A DNA stretch of 60,656 nucleotides, the filler included, from Sphacelaria rigidula (lineage: Eukaryota), in the NCBI GenBank assembly GCA_964200075.2. It is 10 parts of 10 records of this genome, joined end to end, with 100 filler letters (N's around TTAATTAATTAA, not from the genome) between each part and the next. Parts side by side here need not be neighbours in the genome. Positions count along the whole stretch, not along the records: positions 24,305 to 30,280 come from CAXNAA020023072.1; positions 30,381 to 36,356 come from CAXNAA020023073.1; positions 36,457 to 42,431 come from CAXNAA020023074.1; 7 more parts are not named here. One strand, given 5' to 3'. The position numbers and the translations under genes were made by a program. The notes under the pieces were generated by a model. It worked only from the letters and a program-made list of their open reading frames with translations. It ran no database searches and had not been told where the DNA came from. Shown here in pieces: positions 24,477 to 38,071 of this stretch. The stretch's first letter is position 1, and each line of letters starts with the position of its first letter.

Positions 24477-25986
24477 CCGGAGCACTTTAAGCACGGCGAC
24501 CTCGAGCTGATTGAGACGGGCGAGGGTGAAGGAAGGGCACAGCTCGCTGAAGTCCCTGTTCCACATGCTATGGTCGTCCCACACCTTACATATCACACAA
24601 CACACGACACACGACACCATAACACAGCGCCTTATCAACACATAGAAAACAACGGACCGCTCCATGAAGAAAAGGGTCGTGAATTACGCAGGCCATCGAT
24701 CGAGGAACATCATTTTGGTCAATCAGATATTCCTTCGATTTTCTCCTCCGTCTTCCTGACTATTTTAGCATGCGATGACTGTGCACGACAGCGTGATTTG
24801 ATCATATCGCCACCCGAACTTCCGCGTGAATAATTAGAGTGACTGCTTAAAGGCAATCAATCAGATCTATACGTAGTACGTTGCATCATGACAATAAGAT
24901 TCAGGAAGTGGTGTTAGAAAGACGAGCCTACGTCTGTGACCACGGGTTCGAGAGATCGGACTAATGTCCGAAAATAATAACAATAAGTAGTCGCGCACAT
25001 CACCACGAACAACATGTCCCAATACGAAGCGACGGAGACATTCCCTCGTCACCTCGGGGAACTTCGTCGACATACTCGTCCCTCGAGGCCGGAGTTGCTA
25101 CAATATTTATTTTCCCGGTGCAAACCACTTCACGCACGAGCACATGAAGACAAGTTTCTTACGACCGTTCGGTCGACAGGGTGGATCATGTCGGTCTCAT
25201 CAGTCACTCCTCCATGGATTCAACAGATCATCACCCCTGGCGGTCAAGTGCTTTGTTAACACAAAAATGCCGGGTATTCCTCCAGGTCTTCGCTGAACGA
25301 ATGAAGCCCTGCAAAATAGTTTTCGCGGGCTTGTGCAAATTCTCGCGAGAGAATAGAAGCATTGACCACAGTAGCGTGCGCATGCCCCCCCCTCCCCCTC
25401 ATCAACACCTCACCCGACGGGCCACGACGCGCGCTCAGCATACCTTCGACGATAACACGAGCACCGACATCAGCAACGACTTCCAATTTGACGGTCGTGG
25501 CCGCAGCGCTCCCTTCGTCTCCTGCGGCATCGAGGGACAACAATACACCGCGGAACCAATGATGAATCACGAAAAGCCACGATGGGACCAACACACTCCA
25601 AAACATGGGACGTTCACTTGTTCCCCTCTGCTCGTCTTTACACATTATGCTTGACAGGTCACGCTGTTCCCGTGCCCGTGTCCGTGCCATCACACCCCTC
25701 GGCCGCCTCCCACTGATCCCTGCCTGAATCAACCAGCTCGCCAGTTTGCCGATACCCCCGCTCACCTACACCCTCCCTCGGGCCGCGAAGTGCATGTCTC
25801 TGTTTTCAATTTCATAGAAATCGTCCAAAACATTTCGACTTTCAGAGCAGCATAAACCACCCTCTTAGAACGCGAGGAACTTCATCAATATTTTCCACGT
25901 TTGCGCTACGAGTACGCTACGTAACAGGACACACATCGTGTAAATTTTACCTATCACGCCTACCAACGCGTACGTACCTGCTCCCC

Positions 25987-26041
<55 letters not shown>

Positions 26042-29000
26042 CGCGCGCGCCAATGGTCATGGCTCTCGGATGCCGTCCAAATCAGTGCAGAGTTATGTAA
26101 GTCGTTACCGTCAGTTACTTCGCCGGTATGAGTCTGCCGTCAAGGGTGCCCTTGGCACGACGACCCAGGGACTGCTTTCACCGTCTGTATGTGGTCCACC
26201 GGTCTCAACCCGGCAGCCCGTCACATGTCTACGACACAGAACCCCCCCATCACCTTACAGGAGGCGATCACAAATTCATTGTGCCCGCTTCCTGTAAGGT
26301 AAAGGGGGGGTTCTGTGTATGACGGACTGACGGTTTGAGGCCGTTGGACCCCATACAGACGGTGAAAGCAGCCCATGGGTTGTCTGTACCAGGGGCACGC
26401 TTGTCCTATCGACGCCAGTCCGAGAGGAATCTGTGGACGGAGGGCGTGTCTTATCTTACCCAGGATGTGGGTGGCCAACTTGGCTTCGTCGGTACCATCG
26501 GAGATATATCCGATGAGTGACAAGTCCAGGGAAGCGAACTCGAGCTCCTCAACCACACTGTTGTCAAAAACGAGCGTGTCTGTAAATCATCGGTACACCC
26601 TGCCCCGCCCCCCGCTCCTCCCCCGCAGACTCGCGTGTAACAAGTATACCTTCATCAAGCGCTCCACGTAGATGAGAGAGAGGACAATGCAGGCAAACTT
26701 CAGCTGCGTTCGGTGGTACAAATCGCGGTAGTATGCTGTAATTTCGCGAAGCGGAGGGACCTCCTCGCTGGTATGCCCCACCTCCGCCCCCACCCCCGTC
26801 CTGGTGTCGCCCCCCCCCGCCGCCGATCCTGACGTTGGCCTGCGGTTCTTCTCTTTCCGACCTAACGCACTGTCGCTGAAATGTGGCCGCAACTGCACTA
26901 GCTCCGGCATAGCTTCGTCATCGATGACGTCCTGCAGTGGTGTTTCATGTTCAAGATACATTGAATATCCATTCCAAATGAAGCGTTTAGAATAGAGAAA
27001 AGACATCCATCCGGCCGTCCGGTCGGCCGGCTAGCTGGTCGTCTGTCCGCCTTGTCGAAAGCAAGTGCATACGCAGTTTTTTGTACTTCGTTCCGTTGTT
27101 TTAGCGGTGGTGGTCAAGCACCTTCCATCATAACATACCAGCACGTTAAAACATTGTTCGCGCTTGGCGTTCATCAAGCGGTGAGAGCACAAAAATAGGT
27201 GTAGCCAAGAGTTCATGCCGTTTCGGGGTTGCGAAACGCGGCAAGTTTCATTTCCGTCATTTTTTCTTGTATATTTCGACTCGAGAGACGGGGGGTTTGC
27301 TTGTACGCCGACATTGGTGGTGTGGGCGCTGTGTGTCGAAAAAAGGAAAATGCAACGAAACAAGGGATCGACGATGTGAGGGCCGCAGACACGAAAAAAC
27401 AATCTAGCAAACGTCCGAACCTCATGGCCGGAGTCACACCACTCACGACCACGTAAATCACTCTGTTTACCCCGATGATCAGGAGAAACCGTAACGTTGC
27501 ACAGCCAATTGCGGGGCTTGGTACACACATACGCTGCATCACAACAAAGTCTACCCCCATTCAATCCAGTTTCTGCTAGGTGCCCCCAATGAAAAAGAGC
27601 GCAGAAGGTACCACATACAGTGTAATCCCCCACCCGCCCCGTCCCGATCGCGCGCGCCTGACCCACCATATCCCGAGATCATTCATCATCCACAAGGCAC
27701 CGAAAAAAAAACACAACGTCATGTTCGTGAGAGACTGCGCACAGTACTGCAAATCCCTCCAATTCAACAAACAAATCTCATCGATACCAAATACCTACCT
27801 TACAAGGTGGGGGATCGTCAAACACGCTGACATCATTGCCCTGCCACGAGTCCTCCATCAGTCCAACCGCCCGTAGCGCCTCATCCGCAACCGTCGCACC
27901 GGGGGTCTCGGCAAACAACCCCCCCGGATCAGCTCTTGCTCTCACGCCCCGCCCCCCTCCCCTTCCCCCCCGGCTCTCTACCCCAGGCGATTCTCCTTGT
28001 CTGTGCTCCCCGCCGCCGCCGCCATTGTTGGCTTCCTCACCTCCCCCCCCACCACTCTCTTCCCTCCTCCTTTCGTCTTCGTGCAACGAAGCGGCCGAAT
28101 CCGCGACGGCCTCGATCATGTGAGCACGAAACACGGCGCACACGCAGCGAATGGCGGCGTCCAAGTCGGGGTCACTGAGAGTATCGTGCGGCCCGAGGTA
28201 GATCGTCGACGTCGAGTTCCGCCGCGTGAGCTGGGGTGGAAACACGCGATGTGGCATCATCGAGTCGGCCCCGTTTGCCTTCGACGACACGCGTATTCGC
28301 CGCCCGCCACCCACCCCTCCCGCCCCCGGCGTGCCCCCGGTCCCCGCCAGGTCTCCGGCGGCCGCCAGGCCGCCCCCACGGCCGACGCAGCTCGACTGGT
28401 GCGCGTCGCGTCGTGAGCTTGGCGGCGGCGATTGTGGGTGGGGCTGCTGCTGCTGCTGCGGGTGTTGCGATTGCACTTGAGCCGGCTGCGTTGGCGCAGC
28501 CCCCGTGGAGGCCTTGAGCACTCCGTCGTGAGCCGGGGCGTGTTCGGCACTGTGGTTGCTGCTGCCGCTGACGCTGTTACTGCTGCTATCGCTACTCTTA
28601 CCGGGGACTCGGCCGAAGCCGCGGCCGAGCGCGTGGAGCACCGGCGGGCACGTGGAGATGGACGTGGGTGTGGGTGCATTTGGGAAGCCGACGGGGCTGC
28701 CGCTGCCGCCGATCACATGGTGCGGGGACAGGGTGATCTCTAGGTCGGCCAAAGAGCAGGGGCTGGAGACCGGACTGAATGCTGCGGTAAGCTCCGCCAC
28801 GGCCGAGTCTGCGCCGCGGGCGAACAAACCGATATTGAGGCCATGAGAGATGAAGGGTTGAGTGATATTAGTAGGCACGTGCGGCATGCGAACGTGATGA
28901 GTATACCTCAGACTAGCAAAGAGATCCGGCGCATGTGCGTAGCTCAAGACCTAGAACTACGCACACGAGTAAGTCACACTACAGGCAAAATATGTAACGC

Positions 29001-29441
29001 GTGCCATGTACAAATGTGTGAAGCTGTTTACCGGAAACCATGTTGCAGGAGCCGGCCATTTCTTGGTCTTCGTTTTTTCCTTTTTAATAAACAGTGACCG
29101 GTTGGTTCATTTTTCTCCTTTCCAGTTATTTTTCCCGCCATCGTTATATGTTCTGTTTCGTTTTACCTCTCGTTTTTGCTTCAGGGTACTTCGTTTGTTT
29201 AATATTTTCTTCGTCCTTCGCTTTTCTTCAGCTTCCCTTAGCGAATGCTCTCTGTTCTAACCCCCTTGATACAAATATGCACCTCTACGTTGAAGCCACG
29301 GCCAGATATCTCGGAGATGCGTCAGTTTCCGACGATCAATCAATCAATTGATCAATCATCACTCGATCGTAAAAAAAAGAAAAAGATCCGTGAATATCTC
29401 GACCATCGATGAACAGCATCAACACCAACATATATACCACC

Positions 29442-29517
<76 letters not shown>

Positions 29518-29659
29518 CCGTCCGATCACCAAACACAGCTCGACACTCACCATTCATGGTTGAGATCGTCCGGCAGATGATCGCCGCGCCCGTCTGCCGA
29601 GCTCGCCCAGCTTCCGGCGAGCCCACATCGACGTGCTGCTTGCGACGGGTGAACATCAT
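24477..29659 (-). CDS. Cyclin Y-like (cyclin Y/PHO80 group) cyclin, 3'-partial. Exons 29659-29551, 28808-27799, 26931-26650, 25521-25444, 24584-24477.
   Basis: Cyclin-Y motifs occur in order: STSTIYL...TLSDPDLDAAIRCVCAVFRAHM; VPPLREITAYYRDLYHRTQLKFACIVLSLIYVERLMK; LRPRPSNWKSLLMSVLVLSSK|VWDDHSMWNRDFSELCPSFTLARLNQLEVAVLKVLR. All phases are compatible. Exon 1 is less certain. Confidence 0.9.
26141..26403. repeat. Long fold-back inverted repeat in a cyclin intron
   Basis: Arms ~26141-26262 and ~26290-26403 are complementary (e.g. CTGCTTTCACCGTCTGTATG / CATACAGACGGTGAAAGCAG; ACCTTACAGGA / TCCTGTAAGGT). Confidence 0.88.
29442..29516. repeat. Compound (AT)n(CA)n microsatellite in cyclin intron 1
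   Basis: Directly visible. Confidence 0.95.
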
Positions 29660-30761
29660 AGTAAACAAGGACACCAAAGAAATGGAAACGAGAGCAGAGA
29701 AAAACTGCAACACACGAAACCTACCAGTGGAAACAGCGAAAGTATACGCGGGAAACCGTACGGCTGAACAGGCTGCTATCGGACGGGTACAACGTTCCTA
29801 CACCTTACACCTCACAACAACAGAGGTGCCCCCCTTTTATCACTCATCTATCGTTATGCTCATTTTGTTTTTTCTCGTCGTACTCGAAACTCTGCTTCTT
29901 CCCCGGCAATAATTCGTGGTCTTCGGGGGTCAAAATATCTCTCTCCGGTACAATGGTCAAATGACTTAGCCAAGCAATAAATGAGTACGCCCCCCCCCCC
30001 CCCCTCCCCCACACATGACACACCTTGGGCATACCCGCGATCGTCAAGGCCACGTCTTGATATGTTCGAGGTCAAACACATTCCAAAACTCAGTAATAAG
30101 AACCCAAAATTTGGTGGATGAAGCATAGTAGCATGAACAACGTTGGTCAGCTTGCAGGCGAGCTGGGAGTGCATGGCACAGGGAACGAGAAATTAGCCGT
30201 CCCCCTGGGGGGTGTACTAATGACCTTGCATGCCATAGTCATCAGACCATTGACCTCGCATCCCTACAAAGCCGGGACGGNNNNNNNNNNNNNNNNNNNN
30301 NNNNNNNNNNNNNNNNNNNNNNNNTTAATTAATTAANNNNNNNNNNNNNNNNNNNNNNNNNNNNNNNNNNNNNNNNNNNNCTTGCTGGCATATGTGTGTG
30401 ACAGAGAACAGTAGTAGCGGTGACGGGAACATTGCCCTATTTTTTCAACATGGTTTTCAGCGCACAGAGGCACGTCCTGTCCAAAAGGAGAGGCAGAGAG
30501 AAATCGACGTTCGCGATGGCAACAGGCGAGAAGAGACACGGAATTTCTCCGCACGCCGATGCTCTGGCATATGAAAAAATTGGCACATGCTGGCAAGATC
30601 AAGGACGCGAGTCTCTCGAGCGATAGTGGTAATCACCGAGCGGGGACACACAAAGGGCACGGGCAAGGAGCTTCCTCTCTGTCGTTGCTTCTCTCTCTGT
30701 TGAAATCGTCATCGACGCGCGTATACACCGCATTTCGTTGGGTGCACCTAGCCAGAGTTGC

Positions 30762-30873
30762 TTAACCCTTGGACCGCGGTGCCCGTAGTCCATCTGGACC
30801 ACGCGTGTACTTTTCCCAAGTGAATATTGATGCCGATTCAGCAGGTGACCTACTCTCGCGGTCTGACGGTCAA
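30762..30873. mobile_element. ~110-bp piggyBac-type MITE
   Basis: TTAA|CCCTTGGACCGCG ... CGCGGTCTGACGG|TCAA: imperfect TIR starting CCC with a TTAA-like target. Three related copies are in the window. Confidence 0.55.
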
Positions 30874-31699
30874 GTCCTCCTGCGGAGTTTGGGGGGGGGA
30901 AGATACTTTCGCTCTGTGTTACTCTTTCGTATCTTCCCTGCAATAGAGAAATGCGACTTCAGCCCCATTTTAGTGTTGAACCCCAAAATTTAAAATCGGC
31001 TGTTATAATATGTTTGTCGACTGTTAACTTAATATGCGCTCCTTGATCAGTCACAAAACCATCGTGTAGCAGCATCGTTTGCGGCCCTGAGTACGATGCC
31101 ATGGGGCCATGGTGTACATGAGAAAGATATGAAGAGCAGCTACGCCCAAACTTTGCCCATAATGCAAGGTGATGACTCTGCTCCAAATCCCGGAATTTCA
31201 GACATCGGAAGCTGAGTGGTAATGGCGGCGTTTGACTCCAGGCCGGGTGAATTCGGGATCAAGTTTCGTGAACTCCTGCGTCCGTGATCGGGTGTTGCAC
31301 ATGTTCTTCTGCACGTTTTTGCGTGAACACCCCGATTTGAACCATGCCGGGTCCGCACACGTTTCCTTACAGTATTCTCGTATTTTTGGGCAGTTCTGTA
31401 CTGTATACACCATTTCGGCATGACAAGGCGCTTATGTTCGCGATCCAACATTATTGGGCCGTTCATGTACGTTTCGACTGCAGCACGCCTGAGCGCCGGA
31501 CCATCGCAGGTAACGATGCAAGATTGTATAATCCCAACTAAAAACGGGTACCACGTCGGAGTACCAAGGCCACATTTCTTCCAACGGATCGTAGTGAACT
31601 ATACACATGTTGATCAAGTGCAAAAATTATCGGCAACCTCATTCTAAATCGAGGCGACGACCACCGCTGTTCTGCCGTTCATTTGCGCTCAGGATCATG

Positions 31700-34410
31700 A
31701 ACCAGAGGAGCGCATGTCGCAAGAAACCGTGCACATGTTCATCCAAGAGGAGTCCACAAAGGATTACAATGCTATGGAGCGCACCCTTTAACGGATATGA
31801 CAAATGATGCGTCTGGGCGAGCCCAGTGGCCGCGCCCGTGCGGTCTTGGTAGAGGACGAGGAAACGTCCGCTTGTGTTAGGCGTTATTGCCAGAAGCACC
31901 CCGAGTATTTGGAAATGTTGCTGGTATGGCCCGGCGATTTGCACATCCTCTTCCACCTCGCGAAGGCGTCGCTGAAACGCAACTGGGAAGTCGGCGGCAT
32001 TGAACTCGTGGCCAAAGAGCACGGAGGTGACAACGCCAAAGCCGCAGACGGAAGTAGCTACCGGCGGGCGCACCACCACATCACGGTACTGTACGAGTGT
32101 TTCATGATCGTCATCACGGAGGCAGTGCGAGATTAGTTGGGGTCAACACTGCGAGAAGGCGCTCAGGGCGCTCAGCAGGTGAAGAAACGGATCGAGTGCC
32201 GAGCACGAATACACAAAACCTTCAGGTTTTCGTCCCGATTCCTTCTCATAGACTATACCGCATACGCAGGTGTTCGCATGGATGTACGCACCGGAAATCT
32301 CAAGCTGCGGAACGCCTGTTTGCGTGTGACGACGGCGATATACTGCGGATACGGAAAAGACAAATATCAGACGAAAATCGCCGGTCACCTCGAAGACGTG
32401 ACACGCATAACTGACGGCGATCACGAGGCGATGTCGGATATGTTTTCGACGTCATTGGGCGGCGACGCTTTCTCTCGCGTCGCCTTGGACGAGCGGCAAG
32501 AAATAGCCGATCGCGGCTACGAGGGAGCGACGAAAAAAATCACCCGAGATTTCGTGATCAAGCTGGCCGCTATTGTCGGTGCGCGGGAGAGCGCCATCGC
32601 TAAGATCGATGACGCTTTCTTTCCGGGGACAAGGCAGCGCGATGGGGAGGCAATGCTTGTCAAGAAACTTCAGCCTGCCGTCGTCAAGGCCATAAAAGTG
32701 GTACCGGGGTGCCTGGCGTTTCGTGACGACGGCGCAGATGCCCTCGTGGCGCTGGACGGACGGGTGCTCACGAGTCAGGAAGGAGAAGAGATCCTTGACG
32801 TCCCGCGACGCTGTGACGAGCTCTGGGCAGGCGTGATCAAGAGGGTAGTGTTCAAGGACAAGTCGGAGAAAGGCGCGACGAAAACCAAACTGAAGTATTT
32901 CCCCCCCGCGCGCACTAGCAACAAGCCCACGAAAGAGGAGGGGCGATCTTCCGTCTTGAAGAAGAGCGTGAGTAGTATCACCACGCAATCTCTCGAACAA
33001 CATCGCACCCTCACTTCGCTCCTGAGCCATGACCAGGACCTGACGCCGGACGCGTTGATGCGAGCTGTGCTGGAGATCGGGGCTGTTGTGCCGCAGTCCA
33101 TCGCCACCGAGGATGGAGGTATATGACGTAAATGTGCATTTTCTTGCCTCGTGCCTGCATTGTGTCCCGTCAGGACAAGATATCACCAGCCCAGTGAACC
33201 TCACCCGTGATCGCACAAAAGTTTCACATAGAGCGGAGTTCAGTTCGTGCACCATAAGTGTATCGCGCAGAGTACGCACTGCCAAACAACCAGTATGGGT
33301 GCCGCATTGAGGCACGAGGAACGTACTTGGTTTCACACGCTTCCAGTTATTTACGCCCTACGTGCACCTTTCGGGTGACCCCCAATTTACAGTCATTTGC
33401 GAGATTGGCATCCCTCATCGCCATTAAAACAGGATTTCACAGATTCCGGGTAGAGCACCACCTCGGCCGTGCGGCAGCTCACTTGTTACTCACGCGCGGT
33501 GTATAGGTGGTACAGGGCTGATCCCCACGACCCCTGTGCTGAAATCGTTTCACATTGTGGTCACGATTACCATTTCGCGTTCATGGACCGCTTTGCAAAA
33601 CTCCAATGGCAAATTGTGTAGCTACAGCGATTTACGGTTCCTTCCCGGCGGTATGTGCCAGCCCCGTGGCACTGGGCGTACGAGGGAGTAGTGATGCAAT
33701 CCCTCTGTGAACTCAACACCGGGAGTAAATAAACACCACACTGTCGCCCTCATCGCCCCCTCCCACAGTTTTGAGACAAGCCAACAAATTATTGGGGCCG
33801 AGGACCTTCATCGAGAAAACGTGCTCGGATGCCGTCCAAGAACATCCGTTCCATGCATCTGAGGGGCACGCGATAGATTTGCCGTGTGAGCTCCACAAGC
33901 CGCCCCCGCTTGGTATTCTCGCCGGCGGCGACGCAGCCGTCGTGGAATATCATCGTCGGAAGATAATGGCGAACTGCGGTGGTGGTGTGAAGTTTGTTGC
34001 CGTCTGTTACGACAGGGCGGAATTTGTGCCGCCAATGAAGGCGCATGAGCAAGCTGGGAGGTGAGCAAAAGTGGAGACATGCGACCGGGAGTTCGACCCG
34101 AGGAGCACTGGCGGGCTAACCTCCGGTGCAGAGTTTCAGGCATATCTCCGGGTGCCGGGGAACCGATCCGCCATGGCAAGGGCCATCTGCGAGCATACTC
34201 TCGGCCACCCGGGTGCGCTTTTCGCGAAAGGGACGGTGCTGCTATTATGGGGTGGACACTCCCATGATGCGCCCGGCAGATACCCGGGGAGAGGGACAGG
34301 TACAATCTCCGATTGATCACGGATTTATCGCTGGTGACACCTCCTCGGACCGGCGAGGCAAAGCAGGGGGCAATATTGCTCCAATGCTGCCACATGGTGC
34401 TATGGTTTCA
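31700..34410 (+). pseudogene. Academ-like DNA transposase with downstream XPG/PIN-like nuclease region, pseudogenised; intron 33119-33768
   Basis: Motif series AVLVEDE; LLVWPGDLHILFH; GSSYRRAHHHITVLYECF; RTGNLKLRNACL...GKDKY; FSTSLGGDAFSRVALDERQE; DG|VLRQANK; VAVCYDR...MKAHEQAGR; FQAYLRVPGNR follows the Academ consensus order as I recall it. In-frame stops at ~31790, 32134 and 34062. Confidence 0.7.
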
Positions 34411-35020
34411 CCCAGCACGCGGGCGGATGGGCGAGTCGGAGTCGCCGAGACCCTCCGATACGCGCCTGACACCGAGAACACTGCGCCGGGTATACGGAGT
34501 ACCCCTCTACGACTGGCCCCCGCGACTGCATATTTCCCACTGGCCGTTGCGGGTGCGGCATCGAACGGCCTCATGCCCCACCGCATATCCCCGCGAACAC
34601 TCCCCCCGTCCCGTGGTGTGTTACTGGAGACAAAGAGCCGGAGGCGGGTCTCCGGTCGAGAGCGACCTCCAGTGTTCCGATGATTTTGTCTCCGGCGCTG
34701 GGTGTACTCGCTCGATCACAAATACAGCAAATCATACCTGTGCGCAGCACAGGATCTTCATGACGGCGCCCCCGTATCACCTCGCGCTTAAGCAGCATCT
34801 CACTTCAGCATCACTTCCACTCCATCACGCGAGTGTAACCCGTGCCAAATGTCGAACCACCTCGTCCCCGCCCCCGCGCCCCTCGGAATCACAACACGAC
34901 TCCGATGACCAGCCGTAACAAGACTCGGGTCCTGCATCTTCACCCGTTGAGCCCGGTGAGCTCCTGCTATCCCCCGACTCGCTGTCATCCCACTCCTCTA
35001 TTCCAATCCCTTCCGCGAAT

Positions 35021-35128
35021 AACCCTTCAATGAGTGGCCCTTCAATGAGCAACCCTTCAATCTAGGAGCCTCGACTGAGTAACCCATCACTGGATAACTC
35101 TTCGTTCGGCGGCCCTTGACTGGAGAAA
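35021..35128. repeat. Degenerate 15-bp tandem repeat (AACCCTTCAATGAGT-like)
   Basis: About 7 diverging 15-nt units. Confidence 0.6.
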
Positions 35129-38071
35129 CCTAAAGTTGGTGACTCTTCACTTCGTAACCTTTCAGGGGGCGATCCGCGCGTCTCAGGGGCCACGGAAAAG
35201 CAAAGGAGGCCGCGCAAACTTTGCGGATCCACTCAAAAGTGCAGACATCGTCTGTGTCACTTTCCTCGTGATACGTAGTACTGCGCTGCTGCGCTTTTCT
35301 CCATCTATAGATTCTGTGCTTACAACGACGGATCCGAGGTGGTCGCGGGGTGGGGGGTTTTATGAATGGGATACTTGCGACATTCCGCAACGGAGAATAC
35401 ACCTCACGTACTTCACATGCGATGCGAGTGAAGAACGGATCGCGCCGAGGGGTAGAAAACACGAACAGTTGCGTCGTTTGCAGGAGTCGTCTAAGGGGAG
35501 CCCCAGCGTCATTTCGCTGTTGCAGCCATGGAGACACTGGCCATGTCGGTACCATCCTCTTGTGTAACACCCGTGATGCATGATTTCAACACGAGATGAC
35601 ACCAGTTCCGTCGCTTGACTGCATTGCCCCGTGCTTGCCGTCGATCGCGCCTTTTCCGTCAGGTGACCGCAGGGATGGGCGCCGAGGGGTGTCGCGGATG
35701 ATGTAGATAGATTCAGAATGGCGCCAGGCTGAATACGGTTTGCGTCCCTACCTATGCTCAGCGAATTGGTCACCCGTGTTCGAAGCGTTGATTAGGCATT
35801 TGGTGTATATTTCTGCGGCGTTTATGACGGAGTCGGTGAGGGAGGGTCTACCGCGTGTCCTTTGCCGTGCGATTATGCGGTAGCAGGCGCACGCAATAGC
35901 CCGCTATCGATCGACGCCGGAGCGGAGTCCGTCCTGGCGCCGCCACTCAAAATGCAGGTCGCAGTTGTTTTTGTCATGGCTACGGTTAAGGGCTATGTGG
36001 AAATTATTTGAAGAACCAGGTCCCTGCTGGCGACAGTGAAGGCAGGACATAGGTTTGACTTCTTCTGGAAGTGCCATGTCGGGTATATCGTCTTAATTCA
36101 TGGTGCTTCCGACGGGGAAAAACAAAAACACCGGCAAATCTCCTTTCGAACCAACGCTGGCGTGAGCGGAGCGCGCTTCCATGCTCCGACATACGACCGG
36201 ACTGGAATGTTCGAAAACAAAAACGTGCAGTTGTTCACCTCGTCTCAGTCCCCAAAATATCCCCAGACACCTCACGGGGCAGCGTAAAAACAAATCCTGG
36301 ACACGTAAGCCCCAAGATCGAAATTTGGACTTTTTGAGGGGCGGGGGGGGGGGGGGNNNNNNNNNNNNNNNNNNNNNNNNNNNNNNNNNNNNNNNNNNNN
36401 TTAATTAATTAANNNNNNNNNNNNNNNNNNNNNNNNNNNNNNNNNNNNNNNNNNNNGTCTAAAATCGTGAGGAGCCCCTGAACCAGACAAAATTTCGCGA
36501 AAAAAGTGCACCCCTACCGTAGCATTGCTCAGTGTAGCTACCTGCTGCCGGGCTGTGGTAAATAAGCGAATAATGGTGCGCCCCCCTTCCCACCCAATCC
36601 CAACATGCGATCACCCCGCTCATTCGCTGCGGGAGGCATGTTGATGGCGTGGACGCCAGCTGAGCAAACGACCTGACTACAACGAGAAACCCAGTATAGT
36701 ATGACCCTTGGCGGCAACTTGCGTGGTATAAATAGCCCAGCACGACGCGTGATCGATGATGCATGGATGTGCGCGGCAACTGATGGGCCGAAGATTCAGG
36801 ACAGGTGATATATATGTGGGGCGAAGCAGCAGGAAGAAGATTCTTTCGTTTTAAATTTTCGAAAACAACGTTTTTAGATAGATGGAGCGATGCTTCTGCA
36901 GGGAGCACTCGGCATCAGCTTGACATTAGCTCATGTTGATAACATGGGCGCCAGAGGGCACGTCATCCGGCGAACCACCGTTGTGTTGCACTTGGGAGCA
37001 TGGTGTGCAGTGTGGGTAGCGCAGCACGACGCATGATCGCTGTTGCATGTGTGCACGCGATACGTTGACGAAAAAGAAAAACGCAATCGGTGCTGCAGAG
37101 CAGCTGGAAGATTTCTTCGTTTTACATGTTCGGAGACGAAAGACGTGGACCGATCGAACGATGCTTGCTGCGGAAAGCACTCGACGTCAGCTTGCCATGG
37201 GCTAATGATGATAGCATGGGCACCAGCTTGCTGATCGGCTGACGACGCGGCTACAACGAGCAACCCAGCATGCATGGTGTTCGGCAGCATGGTATGCGGA
37301 TGGCCACAAAAAACAAAGTAGCAATCGGTGCAATATTATATTTACAATACAACAGTGCATGTAGCATTCGATGAGAAACAAAAGAATACAGGTGGAAGTA
37401 AAAAAAATGGCTGAATTCGAGAGCGGGTCGAAATACGAAGTGGCGGCAGACATCATTGTGCATACGACGATGTTGCGATATTTTACATTAGTTCATCTTC
37501 GCAACAACAGCTCAGTGCGAGTTGGAATGTTGCGAATCTGTTTTGAATCTTGAATGGTGATACAGACAACAGTAGCAACAACAATGTAAAATACGTGTGT
37601 ACATGTAGACACAACAGTTGTATCAATCACTCGCGATCAGCTGGCCGGCACGCTGCTGCTCTGCTGCTGCTGCTTACCTACCACTACTGCACTGCTTCAA
37701 CTGTACCACTACCACCCACCCATCACTACTACTGTACTTGCTTCTTCCAACCGCGGGTCTGAGCAGGTAATTACCTGTGTGTTGTAATCCCTGAAAACGT
37801 CATACTCTACCGCTCTCGATGCATTTTGCTCACCCTTTTCTTGGTCTAAAGCGCTAAAGGAGCATACCAAAGTCGTTGCTGTTGAAAAGACGAGGGTTGG
37901 TATCATTGGTTCGGGTGTCAAGAAATCTGGGTCGACAAAATTAACACAGCACAAGAGGTGGCACACGAAGGGTAAACATAACCAACTGTTTGAAATCCAC
38001 TCCCGTTTCAAAGGTGCCTGGAGCAGCGGAGCAAGCCAGCAGCCCCAAGGCCTACCCCCTGGTGGCTAATC

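Noticed and set aside
26460..26557. Exon-like 98-nt segment (cag|...|gtaag) inside a cyclin intron
   Set aside because: Not needed for the cyclin box and would frameshift it. No support without transcripts.
30236..30246. CTGATGA (hammerhead core-like) on the minus strand of a subfamily B repeat
   Set aside because: Not conserved in the other full copies, and there is no downstream GAAA/stem arrangement.
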